Shown here one piece after another: positions 18,062 through 27,764 of a stretch of DNA of 64,000 bases. The position numbers were made by a program, and so were the translations under genes. Every line of letters starts with the position of its first letter. The stretch's first letter is position 1. The DNA comes from Candidatus Wolframiiraptor gerlachensis. Lineage in GTDB: Archaea; Thermoproteota; Nitrososphaeria_A; Caldarchaeales; Wolframiiraptoraceae. The notes below the pieces were generated by a model. It was given only the letters and a program-made list of their open reading frames with translations, made no database searches and was not told where the DNA came from. The stretch spans positions 1 through 64,000 of the forward strand of contig JAJPCT020000017.1 in assembly GCA_021323375.2 (NCBI GenBank), read 5' to 3'.

Positions 18062-18760
18062 ATGTCTAGGCTGTATAAGATCGGGTCAATCGCAGCGGCT
18101 ATGGGGGCGATTCACATCCTTACACTCCTCCTAAGCTGGTATGTCCAAGTAATAGATGGCACTGAGAAGAGTGTTCAGGGCCTCGTAAGCCCCTACGCGA
18201 CGATGATGTCTCTTGTCGGCGGGATCCTAGCCGGCATCGGCGTAGTCGTCATCCACTTCATCAAGGGGCTTAGGGCGATGAAGAATATTCTGGGGGTCTC
18301 GATAATCGCGGGAGGCCTCCTCGCCGCGATCTCGCCAATCTACTCCTACTGGTTCTGGCTCCTAGAGCTATCAAGCTACTCTAGGTTCGATCTCGGGTTC
18401 TTCGCGGCCACCTTCACCGGAGTTATCCTCCTAGCCGTAGGAGCCCTAGCGCTCCTCACGCCCGTAAAAGAGGAGGTCATCCCATCGGCATTCACGGCAA
18501 TGCCGCCAGCCGGGCCGGAGCTCATGGAGGTTGGGGGTGCAGCTCCAAGCCCAAGCAGGCCTGCGACCACTAGGATAGTCCCGGCGCCAGATGTTGCAGA
18601 GGCGATATGCAGCATATGCTTTGACTTCATACCGGAGGGTGAGGCCATGAGATGTAGCAACTGTGATGCAATATTTCATAAGGGATGCATAGACTCTTGG
18701 GTAAGTATTAATGGGATATGCCCCAGCTGTAAGGCCATTGTTACAGATAGGGAGGGCTAA
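18062..18760 (+). CDS. 4-TM membrane protein with C-terminal RING (putative membrane E3 ligase)
   Basis: Four hydrophobic segments, Pro-rich linker, CSIC-x11-CSNC-x4-H-x2-C..W..CPSC. Confidence 0.85.
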   Translation: MSRLYKIGSIAAAMGAIHILTLLLSWYVQVIDGTEKSVQGLVSPYATMMSLVGGILAGIGVVVIHFIKGLRAMKNILGVSIIAGGLLAAISPIYSYWFWLLELSSYSRFDLGFFAATFTGVILLAVGALALLTPVKEEVIPSAFTAMPPAGPELMEVGGAAPSPSRPATTRIVPAPDVAEAICSICFDFIPEGEAMRCSNCDAIFHKGCIDSWVSINGICPSCKAIVTDREG

Positions 18761-18790
18761 GAGCTATTAAAAGACTAATATAACGGTAGA

Positions 18791-20302
18791 TTGCTCAGAA
18801 CCGAGACCACGGCCATGCAGCTTAGGCAGGATAAGGGCGTGAGCAGGAAGTTCGAGGAGCTTATCAAGCTCGCTCTCGAGAGGGGATTCTTTGCATCGGC
18901 CTCCGAGATCTATAGCGATGCTCCTGCGGGCTTCTGGGATTATGGGCCGCTCGGCGCAGCTATGAAGAGGAAGTTCATCGAGCTTTGGAGGAGGGAGCTG
19001 GTGAGGAGAGATGGTATGCTTGAAATAGATGGTGCCCAGATACTTTCCAAGAGCGTATTCAAGGCCTCAGGCCATCTAGATAGCTTCGTTGACCCGATAG
19101 CGCGATGCAGTCAATGCGGCGCGATCTATCGCGTTGATAAGCTGATAGAGGAGAAGACCGGGCTACATGTCCCCGAGAGGTTGAACCTTGATGAGATGAG
19201 GAGGATTGTGGAGGAGAATGGTGTGAGGTGCACGCGTTGTGGGGGAGAGCTGACCGGCTACTCCCACTTCAACATGATGTTCAGGGTCGGCGTCGGCGTC
19301 GCTGAGACCGATGCGTACCTCCGGCCGGAGACCTGTCAAAACATCTTCGTGGACTTTCTCAGGCTCTATAAGACGATGAGGAGGAAGCTTCCATTCGCGA
19401 TAGCGCAGTATGGGAAGAGCTTTAGAAATGAGATCTCCCCGAGGCAGGGTCTTCTCAGGATGAGGGAGTTCTATCAAGCCGAGATAGAGGTCTTCTTCAA
19501 CCCAAATAAGGCTAATGACTTTCCGAAGGCCGATGCGGTGATGGGATATGAGCTGAGGCTCCAGCAGGTTGGTGAGAGCGAGCCGTCCGAGATCACTTGC
19601 AGGGAGGCCTTGAGTCGGGGGCTCATTTCGAGCAAGCTCGTCGCCTATTATCTCGCCCTTATCCAGCAATTTTACGAGAAGACTGGGATCCCGAGGGAGA
19701 GGATTAGGCTGAGGCAGCTTGGCGAGGATGAGAAGGCCTTCTACGCCGTAGAGGCATGGGATCTCGAAGTGGAGACCAGCCTCGGGTGGATAGAGCTCGT
19801 CGCCTGTAATAATAGGGGAGGCCACGATCTCGGAGGCCATCAGAGGATGAGCGGACAGGAGATGGAGGTGCTCGATGATAGCCAGAAGATCCTACCACAT
19901 GTATTCGAGCTCTCAATGGGTGTTGACAGAAGCCTATACTGCATCCTTGAGAACTTCCTAGACTTAGAGGATGGTAAGACCGTGCTTAGACTGCCCCCAT
20001 ACCTCGCGCCAATAGATGCTGCAATCCTGCCGCTGGTCTCGAAGGAGCCGCTTACAAGCAGGGCCATGGAGATATATAATGAGCTGAAAAAAGACTTTGA
20101 CGTGGAGTATGATGATTCGGGGAGCATCGGGAGGAGGTATATGAGGTATGATGAGGTGGGCGTCCCAATATGCATCACCGTAGATTACCAGACCATGGAG
20201 GATGATACGGTCACGGTTAGGTTCAGGGATTCCGCGCACCAGATCAGAGTTGATTTAAGCGACTTGCACTGCCTCCTGAGGGAGTGGTTGGCATATCCTT
20301 AG
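18791..20302 (+). CDS. glyS: glycine--tRNA ligase
   Basis: DYGPLG, YLRPETCQ, FRNEISPRQGLLRMREF, SGSIGRRY; start may be GTG 18839. Confidence 0.96.
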   Translation: MLRTETTAMQLRQDKGVSRKFEELIKLALERGFFASASEIYSDAPAGFWDYGPLGAAMKRKFIELWRRELVRRDGMLEIDGAQILSKSVFKASGHLDSFVDPIARCSQCGAIYRVDKLIEEKTGLHVPERLNLDEMRRIVEENGVRCTRCGGELTGYSHFNMMFRVGVGVAETDAYLRPETCQNIFVDFLRLYKTMRRKLPFAIAQYGKSFRNEISPRQGLLRMREFYQAEIEVFFNPNKANDFPKADAVMGYELRLQQVGESEPSEITCREALSRGLISSKLVAYYLALIQQFYEKTGIPRERIRLRQLGEDEKAFYAVEAWDLEVETSLGWIELVACNNRGGHDLGGHQRMSGQEMEVLDDSQKILPHVFELSMGVDRSLYCILENFLDLEDGKTVLRLPPYLAPIDAAILPLVSKEPLTSRAMEIYNELKKDFDVEYDDSGSIGRRYMRYDEVGVPICITVDYQTMEDDTVTVRFRDSAHQIRVDLSDLHCLLREWLAYP

Positions 20303-20355
20303 AGATCATGAAAGGCTTTATATCAGTAGCGCCCAAAAAGACGTGATAGGGGAAA

Positions 20356-21021
20356 ATGAGCCTTCCACGCGATAGGGAGGAGGATTTTCGAATAGCGATC
20401 CTCAATCTCATACAGGATCAGGTTAGGGTGGTTTTGGATGGATACCGCCTCCTCTTGGACATGTTGGAGCATTTTCTGAGGGGAGAGCAGACCGATGTCA
20501 TAGAGGAGTTTTACCAGAAGATCTTGAAGAATGATGAGAAGGCCAAGGAGATGAACCGCCTCGTTGAGAAGGAGATCTCGAGGGTTGGCGCGATCCTGAC
20601 ATCTAGGGAGAACTTCGTGAGGCTAACTCTGGAGGTTGATAGGATAGCGGATATCACCGAAGGGGCTGCCTTCAGGATCGTGAACCTGAGCAGGATGAAG
20701 ACTAAGTTGGGAAAGGATACGTGTAAGCTCTTCCTAGCGCTTGGGGAGGCCGTGCTAGCAACCCTCAACTCAATGAGACAAGCTTTGCTTGCTACGACTA
20801 TGAATTCTGCAAGCCTTGGCGAGAAGATAGCGGAGACGGAGGTGAATGAGAAGAAGGCTGATGATGTTTACAGGCAGCTTGACCTCGAGATCCTCAAGAG
20901 CAACATGCAGATAGCCCAGCTGCTATTGTGCAGGGAGGTGGCCGAGATGATTGAGGACATATCAGATCACGCCGAGAGAATAACCGATATCCTTCGGACG
21001 CTGACAATCGTCCCGGTATAG
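20356..21021 (+). CDS. DUF47 family phosphate transport regulator
   Basis: DRIADITE, EKKADDVYR, IEDISDHAE. Confidence 0.85.
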   Translation: MSLPRDREEDFRIAILNLIQDQVRVVLDGYRLLLDMLEHFLRGEQTDVIEEFYQKILKNDEKAKEMNRLVEKEISRVGAILTSRENFVRLTLEVDRIADITEGAAFRIVNLSRMKTKLGKDTCKLFLALGEAVLATLNSMRQALLATTMNSASLGEKIAETEVNEKKADDVYRQLDLEILKSNMQIAQLLLCREVAEMIEDISDHAERITDILRTLTIVPV

Positions 21022-21033
21022 GGAGGCAGGATA

Positions 21034-21588
21034 ATGGCTGTGGAGACTGTTAGAGCCGAGCTCGTTCAGGGGAACATAATAGTCTGGGACATTGAGAAGG
21101 GAAGAAAGCTGTATAGGCTAGGGTTCTATGGTAAGCCTCTCGGGATTCCCAAGCCGAAGTCCGCTGACTTCAATGCACCCCTCGTGCTGGATATAATTGA
21201 GGCGGTGTATCTCGTAGAGGAGGGGCTACTGGAAGTATACGAGGATGGGAGAAAGCTGACCTTAGACGAGCTGAAGGAGCATGCCGAAAAGACCTATGAG
21301 AACTTCAGGGAAAAGTATCAGGTGTATAGGGATCTTAGGAAGAGGGGATTCATCGTGACACCAGGGATAAAGTTTGGAAGCGACTTCGCGGTCTACCGCG
21401 TGGGACCCGGCCTTGAGCATGCACCCTTCATAGTCCAAGTCAAGCTACTCGGAGAAAATATCTCGGCCTTAGAGATAGTCAGGTCGGGGAGGCTCGCGAC
21501 AACCGTTAAGAAATATTTCACGATCGCTGTTCCGGATCGATCAGGTGAAAAGCCCACTTACATCCTCTTTGAGTGGTGGCGTGCGTAG
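21034..21588 (+). CDS. endA: tRNA splicing endonuclease catalytic subunit
   Basis: VYRDLRKRG, GIKFGSDFAVY, EHAPF, GRLATTVKK; GFYGKPLGIPKPK loop. Confidence 0.93.
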   Translation: MAVETVRAELVQGNIIVWDIEKGRKLYRLGFYGKPLGIPKPKSADFNAPLVLDIIEAVYLVEEGLLEVYEDGRKLTLDELKEHAEKTYENFREKYQVYRDLRKRGFIVTPGIKFGSDFAVYRVGPGLEHAPFIVQVKLLGENISALEIVRSGRLATTVKKYFTIAVPDRSGEKPTYILFEWWRA

Positions 21589-21594
21589 GGTCTA

Positions 21595-22398
21595 TTATAT
21601 GGAGCTATTGAGCTTCTCAGCTATCTCCCTCGCCCTCTTGGTAGCCGCCTCAACAGCCTTCATGACAGCAGTCCTCACGCCACCCTCCTCTAAGTAGAAT
21701 ATGCCCTCTATCGTCGTCCCGCCCGGCGTTAGAACCATCTCCTTTATAGTTGAGGGGTGCAACCCTGTCTCGAGCATTAGCTTCGCCGTGCCATATACCG
21801 TGTATGCAGAGGATTTATAGGCCAGGTCCCTTGGAAGGCCGACTTTTAGCCCCGCATACGCCATGGCCTCTATTAGGAGGGCTACGTAGGCCGGCCCGCT
21901 CCCGCTCAATGCCGTGATCGCGTCCATCAAGTCTTCATCAACCTCGACATACGCTCCGAGCTCCCCCAAAAGCTCCTGAACAACCTTGATATCCTGCTCG
22001 GTTATGTTGGGGCCTCTACAGTAGGCTGTGAAGCCGGTCTTCACGATCAAGCCGACATTAGGCATGGCCCTAATGATCTTGGCCCTTGGCGCTAGGAATC
22101 CAAGCCTCGAAGTTGGAATTGCTGCCGCCACGGAAATCAGAAGTTTGCCATCAAGCAGATCCGAGACCTCTCTTAGAACCATAGAGACTTTATTCGGCTT
22201 AACAGCTAGGAAGACCGCATCGGATGTTTTCGCAACATGTCTATTATCTGTTGTGAGCTCGACGCCCAGCCGCTCTAGATCCTTAATCTTCTCGATGTTT
22301 CTTCTGGACGCGATCACCTTATACTTGCCGGACTCAGCGAGTGCCTTGGCTATGGCTGACCCTATCTGCCCCGCACCGATAACGCCAACCCGCAGCAT
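21595..22398 (-). CDS. proC: pyrroline-5-carboxylate reductase
   Basis: GAGQIG, RAMPN, TALSGSGPAY, TPGGTT; start ATG 22398. Confidence 0.95.
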   Translation of the reverse strand: MLRVGVIGAGQIGSAIAKALAESGKYKVIASRRNIEKIKDLERLGVELTTDNRHVAKTSDAVFLAVKPNKVSMVLREVSDLLDGKLLISVAAAIPTSRLGFLAPRAKIIRAMPNVGLIVKTGFTAYCRGPNITEQDIKVVQELLGELGAYVEVDEDLMDAITALSGSGPAYVALLIEAMAYAGLKVGLPRDLAYKSSAYTVYGTAKLMLETGLHPSTIKEMVLTPGGTTIEGIFYLEEGGVRTAVMKAVEAATKRAREIAEKLNSSI

Positions 22399-22435
22399 AT
22401 TCTCGCGATATGCGTGTGGGCGCTTAATTAAGGGT

Positions 22436-23539
22436 TTACCCGAGACCCGACTCCTTGAGAATGAGCTCGGCATCCTCAACGCCCGGCCTATACTTATGTA
22501 GAATTGTGTATCGGTCCGGCCTTATCCTCCAAGCCTCGATTATTGCGTTGATTATCAGGCTTCTCGGCAGCCCAACCTCATCAAGGCCCGTTGGAAGCCC
22601 CACCCTCCTAAAATACTCCCGGATCATTTTTAGACGATATCTCTCGTCCGTCCACCAGTCAGGGTTCCTCATCTCATGATATGCGGCCATGAGCAGTGTG
22701 CCCATAGCACATTGGACTCCATGAGGATATTTACGCCCCAGCTTCATGTCGAGGTAGTGGCTGATTAGGTGCTCGCTCCCAGATGCCGGCCTCGACGACC
22801 CCGTGATCATCATGGCCACCCCGCAGTTTATTAGGGCTCTTATGAGCGGTTCAAGAGATTCCACCAACCCCCCAGATCCCATTATAGAGCTCGTGAGGGA
22901 TTCTAGCGACTCGAGGATGAGGCTCTCGGCGGTTGGGCAGTATGACTCGCCCACATCTTCTCTACCGAGCTGCCAATCCTTGATCGAGACAATCTTCGCG
23001 AGGACATCGCCGTAGCCGGATATTATCAGCCTCCCTGGAGCAGACTTGATTATCTCGAGATCGATGACAGCCAGCCTAGGCGATCTCATGAGGATCGATT
23101 TCCTCCCACCCTCATCGAAGAGCGAGACTATCGGTGAGACTATGCCATCATGGGAGGGCGCTGTGGGGATTGAAACAAAGCTCGCGCCAGCCTTATATGC
23201 CGCGTATTTGGCCACATCTATAACCGTCCCACCCCCAACGCCTACAACAGATCTAACGCCCCCCACCTTAACAGCGAGCTCCTCGGCATTCCAGAATGTG
23301 GGAGCTGTAACAAGAAAGCCTCTAGCCCCAAGCAATTCCTCAACCCGGCTTCCAGCCACCTTATACGTGATCTCATCGTAGAATACCGCATAGGGGGGTT
23401 CTAGGCCGAGATCACCGAATCTCGGAACAACCTCTTCCAGGGAGCCTATGAAAACCGCCTCAAGCGATCTATCATGGGGATAGCCGCAGCCGCATTCATC
23501 CCGAGACTTTAGGGCATGCTTGAACTCGAGCTTCTTCAA
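22436..23539 (-). CDS. egsA: sn-glycerol-1-phosphate dehydrogenase
   Basis: GGGTVIDVAK, PTAPSHDG, SRPASGSEHLISH, HGVQC, RYTIL. Confidence 0.92.
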   Translation of the reverse strand: MKKLEFKHALKSRDECGCGYPHDRSLEAVFIGSLEEVVPRFGDLGLEPPYAVFYDEITYKVAGSRVEELLGARGFLVTAPTFWNAEELAVKVGGVRSVVGVGGGTVIDVAKYAAYKAGASFVSIPTAPSHDGIVSPIVSLFDEGGRKSILMRSPRLAVIDLEIIKSAPGRLIISGYGDVLAKIVSIKDWQLGREDVGESYCPTAESLILESLESLTSSIMGSGGLVESLEPLIRALINCGVAMMITGSSRPASGSEHLISHYLDMKLGRKYPHGVQCAMGTLLMAAYHEMRNPDWWTDERYRLKMIREYFRRVGLPTGLDEVGLPRSLIINAIIEAWRIRPDRYTILHKYRPGVEDAELILKESGLG

Positions 23540-23578
23540 GCCCTCTCGGAGGCTAATTAAAGCATTTTTAAAGTTGCT

Positions 23579-23675
23579 CTTTCAGAATGAATAAACTTAG
23601 CCTTTCAGAATGAATCAACTATACGGGTTATACGGGCTATGAATAAACTTAAAAGCAATCAACTACACGGGTTAT
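23579..23675. repeat. mosaic of short direct repeats in a divergent promoter
   Basis: ctttcagaatgaatMaact at 23579 and 23602; atgaataaactta at 23587 and 23639; aatcaactaYacgggttat at 23613 and 23657. Confidence 0.8.
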
Positions 23676-24471
23676 GAGGATGCCTAAGCGCATTATAATT
23701 AAGGACTCGGATCTGGAGAATGCCGAGCCTGTCATAGAGCCTGTTGAGGAGGCTGAGAAGCCCGCTGAACCCTCCATCGAGGCTGAAATTACTGAGAGAA
23801 AGGAGGATATAATGCTTGAGAAGGCTATCGCGGATGCCGACGCGGCATATGAGCTCGTCCTCGGCAAGATAGATGAGATAAGGATTAGGGAGGAGGTTAC
23901 CCAGAAAAAGTTCTTGGATGATCCAGGGATGAGCCTCGCGATCCTGAAGAAGCTCATCCAGCGCTGGGACTCCATGAGAGAGGAACTGATACGCTATATT
24001 GATGACGCGATCGAGAGATATCGTAAACTGGCCGAGCTATTGGAGGAGAGGTTCTCGAGCATCGAGGAGGAACTTTACTTCAATCAAGTTGAGCTGGATA
24101 CGATAATGCAGCTTGAGTCTCAGGGAAAGCCTATCTCCGTCTCGAAGAAGGAGGAGCTTGAGAACCTTATCCCGAGGCTGAGGGAGGGGCTAGCCCAGCT
24201 CGATAAGAAGATCAAGGAGGTTAATGGAAGAATCGAAGAGCTTAAGAGGATGCGGGAGAACGTGTATGAGGCGACCTCATATAAGAGGCTCGCGGACGAT
24301 ATATTCACGCAGATAGTCAATAGCCTTCAGACGAAGTATGAGAGCCCGGAGGAGGCGGCGGTGAAGATCAGGTCTCAGGTCGAGATCATCGCCCAGCGCG
24401 AGGGGATCCCGAGGGAGTACGCGACTCTCTATCTCTGGAAGAGGTTAAAGGGCCAGCTTAGGACCGGCTGA
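23674..24471 (+). CDS. acidic coiled-coil protein of unknown function
   Basis: Short N-terminal strand, Pro/Glu linker, long heptad region. Confidence 0.75.
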   Translation: MRMPKRIIIKDSDLENAEPVIEPVEEAEKPAEPSIEAEITERKEDIMLEKAIADADAAYELVLGKIDEIRIREEVTQKKFLDDPGMSLAILKKLIQRWDSMREELIRYIDDAIERYRKLAELLEERFSSIEEELYFNQVELDTIMQLESQGKPISVSKKEELENLIPRLREGLAQLDKKIKEVNGRIEELKRMRENVYEATSYKRLADDIFTQIVNSLQTKYESPEEAAVKIRSQVEIIAQREGIPREYATLYLWKRLKGQLRTG

Positions 24472-24865
24472 GCACAGGCCTAAACTTGTAGCCATACTCG
24501 ATTATTCCCTGCTCCCCATTAACTCTCACTTTCCGGAAGACCGCCTCGACGCGGATACCATCTCTCAACTCATCCTCTTTGAAGTCTGTGAGCTGTGAGA
24601 GGATCTTCGTTCCATCCTCGAGCTCTATGAGGCCTATGGAGTATGGCGCGTAGCGCTCAAACTCTTTTGGAGGGGACCTGATCACCGTGTATGCTATAAG
24701 CCTGCCCGAGCCCGGTAGCTCGACTTGTGTGAACTCCCTAGACCTGCATCTCCTACAGATTACTGGCTTATAGTGGTGGAAGGCCCCACAGTGGGTACAT
24801 TTCCAGCCCGCGAGCCTATAGAGGAATGATATGTTTCTCCAGTAGCCGGTGACCCTCATACCCAT
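24458..24865 (-). CDS. DUF35 Zn-ribbon/OB-fold scaffold of the thiolase-HMGS complex
   Basis: CTHCG..CRRC, PYSIGLIELEDG, YGYKFRP. Confidence 0.93.
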   Translation of the reverse strand: MGMRVTGYWRNISFLYRLAGWKCTHCGAFHHYKPVICRRCRSREFTQVELPGSGRLIAYTVIRSPPKEFERYAPYSIGLIELEDGTKILSQLTDFKEDELRDGIRVEAVFRKVRVNGEQGIIEYGYKFRPVLSRS

Positions 24866-26025
24866 TACACCTCCTCTATTTTAAGCAGGCTTGTGAAGGC
24901 TGCTGCGCCGACGCCGCTCAAGGATATCGCCAGCCCAGTCCTCGGCTTATCAAGCTGATTCTTCCCAGCACGCCCAGTAAGCTGGAGATATATCTCCGCG
25001 ACTTGATAGATTGCTGTCGCGCCGAATGGATGGCCCCGCGCCTTAAGCCCCCCGAAGGTATTGCAAGGAAGGCGGCCATTTAGCCCGAACTCGCCCTTCA
25101 TGGCCAATTTGCCCGCGGCGCCGGGCGGAGAAAATCCCCCTGACTCCAAGCAGAGGGCGCCAAGTATGGATACTGAGTCATGGAGCTCCACCATGTTCAC
25201 CTCACCCCTACTGACCCCTGCCTGCTCCAATACCTTGCTCACCGACAACATGACGGACTGGAGCCTAAGAGGATCCTCCCTATCAAAGGGATTCATGTAA
25301 TCCGTCGCGGAGGATATGAATATCTTGATCTTGGGAGATTTCAGCCTGCGAGCTAGTCCCTCGCTCACGAGGACTAGTGCCGCCGCTCCATCACCTATAC
25401 CACTTACCTCCAGCATCCTAAGAGGCTCCGCGATGAACGGCGACTCTAAGACACGATCCAAGGTTATCTTGAATGGATACTGGGCGTGGGCAACCCCCTC
25501 CGCATGCTCATGGCTTATTACTGGGAAGAATGGTATACCCTCATCACCATATCTCTTTGAGTAGAGCCTATAGAGTAGGGCGCTTATGGCGTAGAAGTCT
25601 GCTCCCATAAAGCCCTCATACCAGCTCCTCCCACTCATCATCAGCATCCCGGATGAGACCTCCTCGGGGAGGCCGTCTGAGAGCTTCTCCCCGCCAATGA
25701 CTAGGACCGCCTCAGATCTGCCCGAGGCTATATCGCAGAACCCCGAGTAGAGCGCGGCGGCCCCGGATGCCTCAGCCGCCTCGGACCTGAATGCCGGCAC
25801 CCCGACGAGACCGGTGCACTCCGCCATTAATGCACCCAAATTCGCCTGACACTGAAGATACTCGCTCAGTGCGCATCCCACGTAGATGGCGTTCACCGTG
25901 GAGACTCCCGCATCCTCTAGAGCCTTTACAGCCGCCTCGGCCATGAGCTGTTCTAGATCCTTATCCCAATGCTCCGCGATCTTCGTGAAGCCAACCCCGG
26001 CAACATATACGCCCACCATCACCAT
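24865..26025 (-). CDS. acetoacetyl-CoA thiolase family protein
   Basis: DGAAAL, ELHD, GGLKARGHPFGAT; EAAEASG at the usual ACAS site. Confidence 0.9.
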   Translation of the reverse strand: MVMVGVYVAGVGFTKIAEHWDKDLEQLMAEAAVKALEDAGVSTVNAIYVGCALSEYLQCQANLGALMAECTGLVGVPAFRSEAAEASGAAALYSGFCDIASGRSEAVLVIGGEKLSDGLPEEVSSGMLMMSGRSWYEGFMGADFYAISALLYRLYSKRYGDEGIPFFPVISHEHAEGVAHAQYPFKITLDRVLESPFIAEPLRMLEVSGIGDGAAALVLVSEGLARRLKSPKIKIFISSATDYMNPFDREDPLRLQSVMLSVSKVLEQAGVSRGEVNMVELHDSVSILGALCLESGGFSPPGAAGKLAMKGEFGLNGRLPCNTFGGLKARGHPFGATAIYQVAEIYLQLTGRAGKNQLDKPRTGLAISLSGVGAAAFTSLLKIEEV

Positions 26026-27075
26026 TCACCTCATGAGTATCTCATCTCTCAGCTTCAAGTATGTCGAGTAGTCTATGTAGATCTTGTTCCTGATGAATTC
26101 AGCGAGCTTGGGCGCTAGATCCCTCTTCTCCAAGATGCCATCAAGAACTCTGAGCACGAAGGCGTCGCTACCAGCCCCCGAACCATATGATGCTACGAGG
26201 ATTCTCTGGCCCGGCTGAGCCTGATCCAAGACATTTACTAGGCCGAGCAGCGAGCAGGCGCTATAAGTGTTCCCGACAAAGTTCGCTATCAAGCCCGGCG
26301 AGACCTTCTCCTGCCCCACCTTGAAGTACTTCGCGACTGCTAGGGGGAACTTCATATTGGGCTGATGAAATATAACATAGTCTATCTCATTAAGCGTGTA
26401 GCCATCATTCTCGAGAAGGGATTGCACGGCGCCGATTATGTGCTTGAAGTATGCTGGCTCACCCGTGAACCTCGCAGCATGCATCGGATACCTATCACCC
26501 GGCCTTCTCCAGAAGTCTGGTGTATCGGTTGCATAGCCGCTCCAGGCCTCTATCTCTGCGATTGCCCTATGATCTGTTTTCCCCAGTATGAATGCGGCAG
26601 CCCCGCTTGCGGCCGTGTATTCAAGCGCATCGCCCGGCCTCCCCTGCGCCGTGTCGGCGCCGATCGCCAGTCCATATTCCACCTGGCCCGAGCGGATCAA
26701 GCTCGCTATTATCGCCATTGCTTCGCTCCCAGCCTTGCAGGCGAATTCTAGGTCTGCTGCAAGCTTCGTGGGAGAGGCTCCAATTGCCTCGGCCACAATC
26801 GTCCCGGTAGGCTTGACAGCATAGGGCTTCGACTCGCTCCCCACATAGACTGCGCCGATCCTCCTCGGGTCTATCTTGGCTCTTCTCAGGGCTATTCTCG
26901 CGGCCTCAACAGCCATCGTCGCCGCATCCTCATCAATACCGGCCACCGTCTTCTCCGCGACGGGAAACCCGGACTTATCCTGCCCCCACATCCGGCCTAT
27001 CTCCTCGGCCCTTATCCTGTATCTCGGGATATAGCCGCCGTAACCTTGAATCGCCACCCCACCTAGCTTAACCAT
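26026..27075 (-). CDS. hydroxymethylglutaryl-CoA synthase
   Basis: GSESKPYAVKP, EFACKAG, FHQPN, GNTYS, SYGSGAG. Confidence 0.95.
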   Translation of the reverse strand: MVKLGGVAIQGYGGYIPRYRIRAEEIGRMWGQDKSGFPVAEKTVAGIDEDAATMAVEAARIALRRAKIDPRRIGAVYVGSESKPYAVKPTGTIVAEAIGASPTKLAADLEFACKAGSEAMAIIASLIRSGQVEYGLAIGADTAQGRPGDALEYTAASGAAAFILGKTDHRAIAEIEAWSGYATDTPDFWRRPGDRYPMHAARFTGEPAYFKHIIGAVQSLLENDGYTLNEIDYVIFHQPNMKFPLAVAKYFKVGQEKVSPGLIANFVGNTYSACSLLGLVNVLDQAQPGQRILVASYGSGAGSDAFVLRVLDGILEKRDLAPKLAEFIRNKIYIDYSTYLKLRDEILMR

Positions 27076-27184
27076 ATCTCCCCCGGAGCTTTTTTCCGGG
27101 CCCCTCTTAAATATTGTCGAGGACATGTTCGTTGATTAACGTAGAGAGAAGCCTTAAGCATCGAGCGCCCTAGCCTGCAAGTGT

Positions 27185-27655
27185 ATGAGGAAGGCCGTCA
27201 AGCGTGCAGAGAAGCTCGATGAGAAGGATCTTCTTATCCTGAGGGAGCTTGAGCTGGATTCGTCTAGGAGTTTGAGGGAGCTTGCCGAGGTCTTGGGCAT
27301 GCCGAGGACGACAGTCCAAGATAGGATTAACAGGCTTAGGAGGATTGGTGTGATAAAGGGCTTCACGGTGAAGCTTGATAAGGCGAAACTCGGCAAAAGC
27401 ACACTCGCCTTCGTCCTCGTCTCCTTCATGCCCGGCTCTGACATCTCCCAGAAAGCCCTAGCCCATGAGATCGCCATGCTCGACAATGTCGAGGAGGTCC
27501 ATCTTATCACAGGAGAATGGGATATACTGCTCAAGGTAAGAGGATCCTCAATCAAGGAGATAGGAGACTTGGTCATAGACAAGCTTAGGGGGATGCGTGG
27601 GGTCGCGAGAACCCTCACCTGCGTCGCCGTCCACAGCGTCAAAGAGGATCCATGA
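27185..27655 (+). CDS. Lrp/AsnC family regulator
   Basis: LDEKDLLIL HTH, ITGEWDILLKV. Confidence 0.93.
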   Translation: MRKAVKRAEKLDEKDLLILRELELDSSRSLRELAEVLGMPRTTVQDRINRLRRIGVIKGFTVKLDKAKLGKSTLAFVLVSFMPGSDISQKALAHEIAMLDNVEEVHLITGEWDILLKVRGSSIKEIGDLVIDKLRGMRGVARTLTCVAVHSVKEDP

Positions 27656-27667
27656 GGAGCAAATTAT

Positions 27668-27738
27668 CCGCGTATTCCCATAAGCTATGGATACGTATTC
27701 CATTATACGCGGTCTTAAGCATAGGTTTTATGCCTATG
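27668..27738. promoter_or_regulatory. nested palindromes upstream of vps4/cdvC
   Basis: ccgcgtat/atacgcgg, ccata/tatgg, atacgtat, catagg-TTTTATG-cctatg. Confidence 0.6.
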
Positions 27739-27764
27739 GATTCCCGGGGAAAGGCTCGAAGGAT

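Noticed and set aside
23579-23675. Possible mini-CRISPR array
   Set aside because: Repeats are short and interleaved with no spacers; no cas genes
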